A stretch of DNA of 64,000 nucleotides from Octopus sinensis (GCF_006345805.1 NW_021833060.1:21200-85199), one strand, 5' to 3'; shown: positions 51,386-63,693, counted from the first letter of the stretch. Program-made: numbers and translations. Notes: generated from the letters alone by a model not told the origin.

Positions 51386-53454
51386 CTGCAGCAAACATGT
51401 AACATAAAAATTTAACATATTTTCAGTTTTCCCAGTTGTATCTAATGAATGCCTTTGTATATGCCAGCCTGTCTGTTTGTTTGTTTCTCTCTCTCTCTTC
51501 TTTAATGTGTAAAGTAAGTGATTGCTAAAAATAGCAGCCAAATCTCACTCAAGTCACATGCACTACAGTCTATAAAAAAAAACCCATATTGTATAATATA
51601 GTCCTGATATGCACAAAGACAAGATAGTCACAGCTGTACTTGTAATGATCAAACCTAACTTGGGGTTTGACAACAACAGAGCCTGTGAACAATTGTTTGA
51701 GCTACTAGACATAGCAATCAAATCTCCCTCAAATCACAAACTTTTTGGTCTTAAAAAAAGAAAGGGACATACTGAACAAATAGACCAAAAGACAGGATGG
51801 TCATGGCAGAAACACCATTTTATCATAAATCTGCTCAATCAGAACTAACTTAGCTTTAAATATAAACAACTAAGTGAACCTCTCTGTAGTAACTGATCGC
51901 AGAGCCACAGAGTAGTCATTTAAACTGCTAGAAATAGCAACCAAACCTCCTTCAAGTTACAAACCCTACTAAATGTAAAGATTACATAGGACTAACAAAA
52001 CTAATTCTAGAAAGTGTATACTGTTTATATTAGTTAGACTGGTGTCATCTTGACTGTTGCATAGCATAGTAGATAAAGACCTTGGTTAATGCAGTGCAGT
52101 CACCTTGAGGTTCTGAGTTCAATCCCAGGCAAGGTACTAAAGTAATTCACAAAAAAAAATGTCACAAAACACAGAGAGCAAAATGAGAACAGTGTACTCC
52201 CATAGATTAAATAAAGAGTTAGGTTCGAAATTCTAATAAAACAACCAAGTTCAACACGAGACACCTGAAGAAGACAGGAACATACAAAAGCCAAAGTGTA
52301 ATGAAAGCAAGAACCAAGATGAGGACATTGGTCTAATATAAATAGTATGTCACACAACTGGCACCCATGCCGGTGGCATGTAAAAGCACCCATTACACTC
52401 TGGTATTAGGAAAAGCAGAGCCATAGAAACCATGCCAAATCAGACTGGAGTCTGGTGCAGCCCCTTGGCTTACCAGCCATGATCAAATCATCTAACCCAT
52501 GTCAGTATGGACAACAGATGTTAAATGATGATGATGATGATGTAATATACATGTCTCAGAAATATAGAATTGTAATGCCCGAGAGATTTCACTAAGTGAA
52601 CATTTAGCCATATATGTATGAAACAAAACAACAAAATTCCATGTCTTCCTACTTCACCTTTTTTCTATCAAAACCAAAAGTCAAATAATAAAAGAAAATA
52701 TGTTTATAAAAAATATATGCCCATAAGTAATATCAATTTACATTCACAAAGAACTAAAACTCTGAGACAATGAACTGCTATTGTTCACACTCTCACATGG
52801 ATACACATATATATGCAGATACATACTGTACTGTTACTCACATACAAGCAAGCAATCTATTTCTATATGTTCAGTTAATCTGACAACCAGTTGTTCATAT
52901 TGTCGCATGATGTATGCACTGGACTAATGCCACATTAAATTCAGTTGCAATTATCAATTATGACCATAATATGCAGACATCACAGAAAACTAACCTGACT
53001 GAATTAACTATATTATATAAACAAACATCTGCACACACACACATGCATACATACACACACATGCACTATCTTTCTCTCCATATTCCTTTTACATACATTC
53101 TCATTCACATCCATACAACTGCATACATACAGAACCAAAAACTGAGTGACAGGCAAACCAACCTGTAACAGATCTTGAGTAGAGTGGGCATTATACAGTT
53201 CTGTATTTAAGAGATGAAGAATTATGTACATTATTTACATTTGGAGGGTATATCAGCTGAAACATTGTGTTAACAACAAACAAGATGAGGACAAATATCT
53301 GTCAAATGTAAACAATATATAATAATGTAGAGTGGGCATGTCATTCAAGAGATCACTGATAGCAATGGAAAGATATTGACAAACATAACTGACTGATTGA
53401 CTGACTGAATGATTAATCAAACAACTGATCAGTTAATTAGTTAAACAGTTAAGT

Positions 53455-54400
53455 GCCGAGAGCAAGGCAACCACTCTATCATCTTCACCAACCTCACAAA
53501 AGCTTTTGACCTAGTCAGTAGAGACGGACTGTTCAAAATCCTTGTCAAGATTGGCTGTCCTCCAAGATTCCTCAGAATTGTCCAATCATTTCACGTGGAC
53601 ATGAAAGGCATCATTCAATTTGGTGGCTCTTCTTTGGAGGCATTCAACTTACGTAGCAGCATCTGTTTGGCATCTTCTTTGCAGTCATGCTGAAACATGC
53701 ATTTGGGATATCAACTGATGGTGTTTACCTTCACATCAGATCAGACGGTAAACTGTTTAGCCTGTCGAGGCTGAAAGCAAAATCAAGGGTGCACAAGGTA
53801 CTCATCAGAGAAATGTTGCTTGCAAATGATGCAGCACTGACAGTGCACTCTGAAAAGCAAATGCAGCAACTTGTGGACAAACTTTCAAAGGCCTATCAAG
53901 AATTCAGCTTGACTATCAGTCTGAAGAAGTTCAAAGTAATGGGCCAAAGTGCCAAGCAGCCCCACACCATGACCATCAACAACTACAAACTGGAGTTAGT
54001 CCATGAATTGACCTATCTTGGCTATTATCACTAATGACCTCTCCCTAGTCGCTGAGATCAACAGGCAAGTCGAACAAGCATTCCCCATATTTGCCAGGCT
54101 CACAAAGAGAGTCTGGGAAAACAAAAAACTGGTCACAAACACTAAGATTACCATCTATAAGGTGTGCATCCTTAGTATGTTACTTTACAGCAATAAGATA
54201 TGGAGACTCTACTCTGGACAGAAGTGACGTCTTAACGTCTTCTACCTTCGTAATTTGAGACACATCTTGGATATCAAGTGGACCGACCAAATCACCAACA
54301 CCAAAGTCTTCAACTGTCTGAAGATACCCAGCATACTCACCCTAGTCCAGCAGTGTCATTTGCCTTGGCTTAGTCATGTACATCACATGCAAGATGAAAC
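53455..54400 (+). mobile_element. RTE-BovB-like LINE RT fragment, decayed
   Basis: LTKAFDLVSRDGLFKIL.KIGCP; RSDGKLFSLSRLKAKSRV..LIREMLLANDAAL; LTISLKK.KVM; TYLG; LLYS...W; frameshifted. Confidence 0.92.
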
Positions 54401-54619
54401 TGATCTAGGGGTGATAACCCATCCTCACTGAGCCTGGATTATTTATTCTTTAATGACTAACTGACTAAATGGCAGTAACGGATTCCTGTCTCCCAGAGTT
54501 ACATTAGTCTTCAGCATTGGATACATAACCATTGGTCATGCTATGACTGAACATAGACTTAACTACTCATATATATATATACATATATATATCATCATCA
54601 TATATATATATATATCATC

Positions 54620-55234
54620 ATTTAGTGCATGCTGGCATGGCTTGGATGGTTTGACCAGGGCTGGCAAACTGGAAGGCTGCACTAGACCCCAGTCTGATTT
54701 GGCATGGTTTCTACAGCTGGATGCACTTCCTAACGCCAACCACTCCAAGAGTGTAATGGGTGATTTTACATGCCACTAGCATGGGTGCCATTTGAGCGAC
54801 ACCAGCATCTGCCATGACTGCTTTCACTTGGCTTGATGAGTCTTCTTCTCAAGCATGACACAATGCTAAAGGTCTGTCATTGCCTCTGTGAGGCCCAACA
54901 CTCAAAGGGAGCTTTTCACGTGTCACCAGCATCAGCCACTTTGCCTCCGTATATATATTATATGTGTGTGTGTGTGTTGTGTATATCATCATCATCATCA
55001 TCATGATTAATGTCCGCTTTCCATGCTAGCATGGGTTGGACGGTTCAACTGGGGTCTGGGGAGCCGGAAGGCTGCACCAGGCCAGTCAGATCTGGCAGTG
55101 TTTCTACAGCTGGATGCCCTTCCTAACGCCAACCACTCCGAGAGTGTAGTGGGTGATTTTATGTGCCACCGACACAGGTGCCAGACGAGGCTGGCGAACG
55201 GCCATGCTCGGATGGTGTTTTTTATGTGCCACCG

Positions 55235-55235
<1 letters not shown>
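54620..55235 (-). mobile_element. Two adjacent RTE 3' UTR copies
   Basis: gcatgctggcatggcttgg at about 54625 and ccatgctagcatgggttgg at about 55021, each next to a (CAT)n tail. Confidence 0.75.
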
Positions 55236-55289
<54 letters not shown>

Positions 55290-55292
<3 letters not shown>

Positions 55293-56135
55293 GGTGCAGT
55301 GAATAAACTGTCATCTAAACTATGCAAAAATGAAAATAAATCTGACATCTCATTTTCACAGATATATTTCCAAAATTACATGAAAATCTCTTGAAATACT
55401 AAAGAGTAAATTCATTCAATAAAATCGCTATTGGTTTCAACTGCAGCCTCCAGGCAACTTTGGAATCTCCCATAACTCTTCTGGATGTTAAGTCAATGAA
55501 TGCTGCCATAATCCTTGCCTTCAGTTCACCTTTGATATACAAGGAGTTTTGTCGCTCAACTGTACCCCACACATACTAATCAAGGGGAGTTGCAGTCTGG
55601 GAAGTTAGGTGGCCGGATGTTAGAGGTGGTGTAAGTGCAGAAATTGTCTGATGGCCATGACTGTGTTCTCCTGCTTGTGTGGCATGGTGCAGAGTCCTGT
55701 TGCCAGACATAGGGTCTTCCAGCAACCACCCTCTTGACAGTACTACCTCCTTCAGGCACTTGATGTATGCTTCCGTGTTGAGTTTGGGGCCATGTGGGAA
55801 GATGAATGGAGGCATAACATCACCATCACCAGTGATCACTCCAAACACCATATGTTGACTGGATGTTTGGTTTTCATCACTCTTGGTATATGTCCTCAGA
55901 TTGCACTGTCATAACACTCTGAAATGTTCATATTGGAGTTTCTGGCACAAATGCCAAGCAGCACAGCATGTCATTTCCAAATTTCTGGCAGTGAATTGCG
56001 CCATGGTGCTGTTTTTGTAACAGACAGTGCTCGACTGATCCTATTATACTCTATAGTCAACAAAATCAAAAACAAACAATGCGTATGCGTGAAATAAAAA
56101 ATATAAAATGATGACAATTCACCCATCACACCCTG
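55290..56135 (-). mobile_element. Internally deleted mariner-family transposon with both TIRs
   Basis: Left CAGGGTGcagtgaataaactGTCATC versus right reverse complement CAGGGTGtgatgggtgaattGTCATC, TA-flanked. Minus strand reads MVFGVITGDGDVMPPFIFPHG..LNTEAYIKCL.EVVL and, after a frameshift, GRPYVWQQDSAPCHTSRRTQ. The N-terminal region is missing. Confidence 0.92.
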
Positions 56136-56239
56136 TATATATATATATATATATTGGCCTGCTCGCTTAGCCAGCGGGGTGGCGTCATTTGAAGGCTAAA
56201 ACAATGTGAAGCGCATTGTGACCAGCGATGTGTAACAAC

Positions 56240-56265
56240 ATCTGATAGCCTGGTCGGTCACGGTG

Positions 56266-56297
<32 letters not shown>

Positions 56298-56391
56298 TAT
56301 AGCAAGAGAAAAGGAGAGAGAGATAGATGTACATGTACAAACAGACACACATACACACAACTTTATGATTTCATGCTCAAACTTGAGATAT

Positions 56392-56426
<35 letters not shown>

Positions 56427-56427
56427 C

Positions 56428-56469
<42 letters not shown>

Positions 56470-56745
56470 ATATATAATATATATATATATACATATATAT
56501 TATATATATATATATAATATATATATTACATATATAATATACATATATATATATATATATTATACATATATATACATATATATATATATATATTATACAT
56601 ATATATACATATTATATATATTATACATATATATACATATATATATATATATATATTATACATATATATACATATATATACATATATATTATACATATAT
56701 ATACATATATATTATACATATATATACATATATATATATATATAT
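56240..56745. repeat. Long interrupted (TA)n / TATACATA minisatellite
   Basis: About 500 bp consisting almost entirely of A and T with periodic C. Confidence 0.95.
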
Positions 56746-57179
56746 ATTAGAAAAATGAGGTAATCAGATCAGATGGTTCATATTTGTAGATATTTATTTA
56801 TATATTACATTTTTTACATATATATCATATCATTCGGATTAGCGCTTGCTCCCATTCTAGTGGGTTTTCAATCAAATCAGTTGTGGGTAGTTTGAACCTT
56901 TTTATAGTTTCGTAGTAGTGGTTGAGGAGGAAGTGAGGCAGAGAGAAATATGTGTGTATGTGTGTGGTGTGTGTGTGTGTGTGTGTGCGTGTGTGTGTGT
57001 GTGTGTGCGCATTTATATCTGAGAGTGAAGAAGTGTTATTTCCGTTGGTCTGCTGGACCCCCTGTGACACTCAGTGACATTGAAATGGACAGCCAAAGTC
57101 TTATAAAACCACAGGGGGTCCAGCAGACCAACGGAAATAACACTTCTTCACTCAGATATAAATGCGCACACACACACAC

Positions 57180-57217
<38 letters not shown>

Positions 57218-57430
57218 ACATATTTCTCTCTGCCTCACTTCCTCCTCAACCACTACTACGAACTATAAAAAGGTTCAAACTACCCACAACTGATTTGATT
57301 TGAAAACCCACTAGAATGGGAGCAAGCGCTAATCCGAATGATATGATATATATGTAAAAATGTAATATATAAATAAATATCTACAAATATGAACCATCTG
57401 ATCTGATTACCTCAATTTTTCTAATATATA
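56742..57430. repeat. Near-perfect palindrome: arms of about 325 bp and a 43-bp spacer (57067-57109)
   Basis: The left arm tatattagaaaaatgagg...ggaccccctgtg is the reverse complement of the right arm cacagggggtcc...cctcaatttttctaatata. Confidence 0.97.
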
Positions 57431-57434
57431 ATAC

Positions 57435-58350
57435 CTGTACATCATCTCCAAACCTTCCGATATATATATATAATATATATATAATATACATATATATATA
57501 TATACATATAAAGTTAATCCAAACATGAAAGCAAAAAAAACACACAAGCGAGGACGTGAACAAATATAGTATTATTGGACGCTCAGGAAAGAAGGAAAGA
57601 AGGAGGGTTTAACGTTTCGAGTGAGCTCTTCATCGGAAACATAGGAGAAGGAAAGATCCAGAGAAGGGAAGACAGAGGAAAAAAATCGCCAACGGTACAC
57701 ACGCGGTCATATATATATATATATATTTATATATATACACAGAGAGAGCATGGAATTAAATGTGCCAAAAGATTGGACACAAACACACCAAGGACAACAA
57801 AACACAACACCACACCTCACATTAAATCACACCCTTACATATCAACCCACAACCCCAGAAACAATGAAGCTTACAACACAATTGTACAAATTCTCCCTCT
57901 GCTCACTAAAGACCCGAAAATGAACAACATTCTGAATACACATAAACTCCTCAAGTGCAAAAGACAAAACAAATCCCTTAAGAGACTCCTAACAAATGCA
58001 AAACTGTACTCAACACATACAATACCAACAGTTAAAAAATGCAGATGACCTAATTGTGGCACATGCCCAAACCTAACTGAAGGCTTGGAATTCATATTCC
58101 ATCAAGGAGAAAATTTTTTAATTAAAACCAATTTCACATGTGCCTCTCAGGACCTAATTTACGTCCTAACCTGCTCAGATTGTGGCCACAATTATGAGCG
58201 AACATATTGCCAGATGCGCAAGAAATAAAACACCAAATTTCCATATTTTTCCATTATACCAATGCAAAGATTCAATCTCCTTACAAAAATGCCTAAACAA
58301 AGAAACCTTGTTTATACAAAAGTATAGCTACACAGACTTGACCACCTGAT
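57435..58350 (+). mobile_element. Penelope-like element remnant: GIY-YIG-proximal ORF fragment preceded by an inverted terminal repeat
   Basis: KRQNKSLKRLLTNAK...C(R)*PNCGTCPNL...FTCASQDLIYVLTCSDCGHNY, the Cys motif plus IY preceding GIY-YIG in PLEs; opposite-strand hammerhead-like motif at 57607-57640. Confidence 0.85.
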
Positions 58351-58764
58351 CCCTACACATTCCTATTTCAAAATCAAATTTATTTACCACTATTCAATAA
58401 TACGGAGGAGGTAGTTGTCCCTCTTGCCACATGTTGCCTCCATTATCCAGTCTCTCCATTCATTTTTACTTTTCAAGAAATCCAAAATGGCAAAATTCCT
58501 TGCCTCAAAAAATTATTACTTCACAATGTCCCTTGAAAAGCTAATTTAAATAGCGAAAACTGGTTGGATATCACTACATTTTATGAGACTTTTACCATCC
58601 ACAAAATATGCATATATATATATTGTTTTATGAAAAGATATTAAAATTTTGTGAAATGAAGGCATTTCTCTTCCCCTTTTTTTATGTTTTCCACATATTT
58701 TCACTACATAATTCTGCCACGTAGTGTATACTGATTCTCCAACATTTTTGCTCCTTTTATATAT

Positions 58765-58827
<63 letters not shown>

Positions 58828-58852
58828 GCATGTGTATATATATATATGTTTA

Positions 58853-59708
58853 TATACCAGCTGGTGTACTCGGTAATTCCCAAGGGTAAAGATGTTCTAT
58901 TGAAACACAATATTACTCTGATATAAGAAAGAAATTTCATTATAACTGCCACAAACGGTGTATTTTCCGTCACAAAAAAGCACAAAAACTGTCAACTGGA
59001 GGAGGGAGAGATTGTTAGAGGTTGGTGAGAGAGGTTGTTGGAGGTTGTTGAGAGGCAAAGACATTTTTCTGCTTAGCAAAGGCATCTGGGAAATGTATAA
59101 CTGCTGTCATTCACAGAAAAACTATTGTTTTACAGTGACAAAAGCACTGTTGAAGTGTCAAGTGAAATTTGGCAATTGAGGATCAAATCCACAATGTGCC
59201 TACATGAAGCCACTACAAATACATTGTGGAATAAAAATTATCTACTGTCATGGAAAAAGTGTAACTGTAAAAATGCAGAATTATCGGAGTAATGGGCATT
59301 CAAAAAAGTATGTGTGTATTGAAATGTATGAATGAAGTCTTTAATGTGTAAGAATCAAATTAAAGAAGTGCAATAATAATGTTTAGCAGTACAAAACAGT
59401 GAATAGTGAAATGCAGAATTAGGTCAGCTGATCGTGAGAATCAAATATTGATCGCTTCATTAAAAACTGCAGGTGGTATGGGCTATTTCCCTTGCATGTT
59501 TAAAAACAATTAGCTATATGAGGGAGATATAAATGTCCCTTCCAGGGACCGTATTATCGATGTTTTCAACAATCTAAGTATATCATGAAGTTTCCAAACA
59601 TGAGCTCTACTCACGTTCAAGTTTCATCAAAATCAATAAAACTATGTAGTAGGAGTTAGCTAACAATGCAACAAACAAACACACACTGATATTCCAAATA
59701 TGTAGTAA
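58853..59708 (+). mobile_element. Probable non-autonomous Helitron/Helentron-type element
   Basis: 5' taccagctggtgtactcggtaattcccaaggg resembles tactagc...cccgg...cccggg starts; 3' aagtttcatcaaaatc...ggagttagc...acaaacaaacacacac...ta; inserted in (TA)n. Confidence 0.5.
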
Positions 59709-59711
59709 TAT

Positions 59712-59746
<35 letters not shown>

Positions 59747-59750
59747 GAAA

Positions 59751-59797
<47 letters not shown>

Positions 59798-59803
59798 AAA
59801 TAT

Positions 59804-60040
59804 TAGGGAATAAATCCAAATTTACAGGGAAAAAATCAGATTTAGGATTAAATCCAATTTTATAGTAAAATATTATAAAATATTATTAGAGACAAAAGCA
59901 CTATTTTGCAAAACAAACAAGGAAAGACTTAATCAATACATAAAATTTTAATAAATAGTCAAAAAAAAAAAAACCGCCACTACAATTGTTTCTTGTCTTG
60001 ATCGACAATCTTCAGGTGGACTTCCAATCTAAAATATCAA
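59804..60040 (-). mobile_element. Penelope-type terminal repeat bearing a hammerhead
   Basis: attagggaataaatccaaatttacaggg terminus abutting (TA)n; a second, truncated copy lies at 63141-63250. Confidence 0.6.
59977..60019 (-). ncRNA. Minimal type-I hammerhead ribozyme
   Basis: Minus strand: CCAC-CUGAAGA-UUGUC(GAUCAA)GACAA-GAAA-C(AAUU)G-UA-GUGG. All conserved core nucleotides are present; stem I is 4 bp, stem II is 5 bp, and stem III is short and palindromic. Confidence 0.85.
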
Positions 60041-60469
60041 TATTTTAAAATATAAAAATAATAATTTTAAAATAATTAAAGTATGAATGAAAAAATATAA
60101 ATATATAATCCATATATAACCTATATATAATCCATATATAATCAATATATAAACAATATATAAACTAAAATAAACCTATCAACAATTAAATATAAAATAT
60201 AAAATATAAAATATAAAATATAAAACAAAACAAAAAATAATAATAATATAATAATAAACTATATATACACCCATACACATATACCTAATTATATATAACC
60301 ATATCTAACTACATACACTAAATCACACACCTATATATATATCCCTATACATACACATAAAAACGTCTAGGCAACTATAAATAAATAAAATAGCTAAATA
60401 CTTCAACACAATACTTATTCATACTCCCACACACACACACATACAACCCACATTCACGCTCTAGAAAAC

Positions 60470-62120
60470 GGACATCACTTAAAATTATGAACGGAGAAAT
60501 GGAATAAATGGAATTAAAAATTATATTCACTTGGTAAAACGAACACTACTTAAAAATTATGAATGAAACAATGCAATAAAACAACAGACATCGCAAATAG
60601 ACACAATTACTACGAATTCCTTAACAAACCTACCATGATAAACCAAAACTCATAAAAACATATAATGATAAAATCTCCCTTTACTAAACTCTATAACATA
60701 CCTATATAGCAATCCCCCTAACCTAAACATTCACACACAAATACACACACATAAACTACACACCCACGACATATACAAATACCCACACCACTTACACATA
60801 CCTATACATACATATAAACCTCAACATATACTCCAAAAACCCACTCAACCCCACACAGACAAATAAACACAAAAATTATGAATGGATTCTTTTATAAAAC
60901 TACCATGATAAGCTAAAACTCACAAAACATAAATGATAAAACCTCCCTTTACTAAACACTATAACATACTTATATAGCAATCCCTTTAACCTATACATTC
61001 ACACACAAATACACACACGTAAACCACACACACCCATAACAAATACAAACACCCACCCCACTCACACACACCCACAAGTACATATAAGCCTCAACATATA
61101 CACCAAACAAAATTACTTTACCAAGGAACTTAACATATGTATAAAAAGTATAACCGCTCTGGAAACGAACATCTTTTAAAATAATGAATGGAGAAATGGA
61201 ATAAATGGAATTAAAAATAATATTCACGTGGCAAAACGAACACCACTCAAAAATTATGAATGAAACAATGTAATAAAACAACCAACATCGAAAATAGACA
61301 AATTACCACGAATTCCCTAAAAAAACCATGATAAACCAAAACTCTTAAAAACATATAACGATAAAATCTCCCTTTGCTAAACTCTATAACAAACCTATAT
61401 AGCAATCCCCCTAACCTAAACATTCACACACAAATACACACACGTAAACCACAGACCCACGACTTATACACATACCTATACTAACTTATAAACCTCAATA
61501 TACACCAAAAACCCACTCCCTCCCCACACAGACAAATTAACACATACATCCCAAAACCTAAATAACAAACCCATATACACATTCACACACAAACACACAC
61601 ACACACGCAAAACACACACACACAACAGATACATATACTCCCTCACATATACGCATATACATACTCACTAAACTCGATATATACAACAATATTTACACAC
61701 CCACACTCATACAGATAAATAAATTATACAACTAAAAACTCACACACAATCTCATATACATAAACACTCCTATGAAAAACAACATTAAATACATCGTAAT
61801 TAACCAGAATATCAAAAATAACAATATGACATAAGGAGAAATAAAATACATACTTACAAGTCAGTTTCAAATTATGAAGTGAAATTAAATTCTTAGCCGT
61901 TAAAAAAATCAAACCAAAATTACGTTACCATAGAAATATAACTTATGTAAAAAAAGAATACGTGCCATGGAAAGTAAACGTCATTTAGAATTATGAATGG
62001 AGAAATAGAATAAATGGAACTAAAAACTATATCCACGTGGCAAACCAACACTACTTAAAAAAAAAAAAAAAAAAAAAAATTTATTATGAATGGATTCTTT
62101 AAAAAACTACCATGATAAAT
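60470..62120. repeat. Complex strand-asymmetric tandem repeat (A/C-rich plus strand) with nested units of about 300-400 bp
   Basis: aaattatgaatgga-type anchors at about 60481, 60871, 61179, 61988 and 62081; the block taccatgata...ctccctttactaaac...cattcacacacaaatacacacac occurs three times. Confidence 0.9.
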
Positions 62121-62312
62121 TATTATATACATTTATGAGCTTTAGCTCATCTTAGCAGCTCTAACAAACAACTTGCAGTAACCCAAATCTATTCTCGATG
62201 CCTGCCTTACTACTACACTATTCCATTCACAATTCCAAGCAACGCTAGTCCACCACCCGGTTACAATTCCCAACTCCACTATAAATATACATGTTTATGG
62301 TCATTTCCTTCA

Positions 62313-63032
62313 GATGGATGAGGAGAGATGTGTGAAGAAGTACCACTCCCAAACAGTTGAAGGAATCCAGGGTAGAGGTAGACCCAGGAAGACATGGAAT
62401 GAGGTGGTCAAGCATGACCTTCGAACATTGGGCCTCACAGAGGCAATGACGAAAGACTGAGACCTCTGGAGATATGCTGTAACTGTGAAGAGCCGACAAA
62501 TAACGTGAGTTCATGGTTGTTTCCTGCAGCAGCAAGTAACGTGAGTTCATGGCTGTTTCCTGCACCAGCTTCACATAACAGCCCCAGCCCATCCAAAGTA
62601 CCTTGGACCACAAGACGGCCTGCTGTGCTTACCTTGGATCGTAGGGTGACCTGTTGTGCTTGGGGAGACCTATTGACTCAAGTACATCAACATCAAAATA
62701 AAAATCAAATGGAAATTGCAGTTGTGACACCTGAGCCGGTGGCACGTAAAAAACACCATCTGAACGTAGCCGATGCCAGTGCTACGTGACTGGCGTCCGT
62801 GCCTGTGGCACGTAAAAGCCGCCAACCGATTGGATGCCGCCAGCCTCCTCTGGCCCCTGTGCCGGTGGCACATAAAAAGTACCCACTACACTCACAGAGT
62901 GAGTTACAAAGAGCATTCAGCTGTAGAAACACTGCCATATCAGACTGGAGCCTGGTGCATCCTCCTGGCTTCCCAGATCCTGGTCAAACCGTCTAACCCA
63001 TGCTAGCATGGAAAACGGGCGTTAAATGATGA
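62313..63032 (+). mobile_element. 5'-truncated RTE LINE with complete 3' UTR
   Basis: MDEERCVKK...GRGRPRKTWNEVVKHDL homology; 33-bp local duplication near 62500-62565; catgctagcatggaaaacggg...(ATG)n end. Confidence 0.85.
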
Positions 63033-63112
63033 TATATGTATATATATCTATATATATATATATGTATGTATATATATATATGTATATATACATATATACA
63101 TACACACACATA

Positions 63113-63143
<31 letters not shown>

Positions 63144-63270
63144 AGGGAGTATAGCTCCAAACTTACAGGGAAAAATTCAATTTAGTATTAAATCAAATTT
63201 CACATTATAAATATATAAAATATGAATTAGAGATAAAACCACTATTATGCATAATAATAATAATAATAAT

Positions 63271-63540
63271 AATAATAATTGATGAAGGAAACGGAAGATA
63301 GATTTAGCACTAACCTTTATTCAGTACAGCAATCATTTCAACCCAACCTGCAATTGTTTGTCATGGGTAGGATTTTATGCATGTATCTGATGTAATACAA
63401 ACTGCACATATTGGTGCAACATAATTAGATGCACAAAATCCAACCCATAATGGACAGTTACAGGATGGGGTGAAGTGATTATTGTACTGAATAAAGACTA
63501 GTGTTAAATCTATCTTCCATTTCCTTCATCAATTATTATT
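63271..63540. mobile_element. Fold-back (MITE-like) element: imperfect inverted arms of about 115 bp and a loop of about 40 bp
   Basis: aataataattgatgaaggaaacggaagatagatttagcact... pairs with ...agtgttaaatctatcttccatttccttcatcaattattatt. Confidence 0.88.
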
Positions 63541-63658
63541 ATCAAAACTAACACTGCAGAATTCCTGATGTAGATCCAAAGGAAATATAGTCCAAACTGT
63601 GAATGTGCTTTATTCCACACACTAATTGACATATATCCAGTAGTCCAAAAAATTACAT

Positions 63659-63693
<35 letters not shown>

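Noticed and set aside
63560-63600. CCTGATGT...GGAAATATAGTCC motif
   Set aside because: The core is CUGAUGU rather than CUGANGA and there is no stem II.
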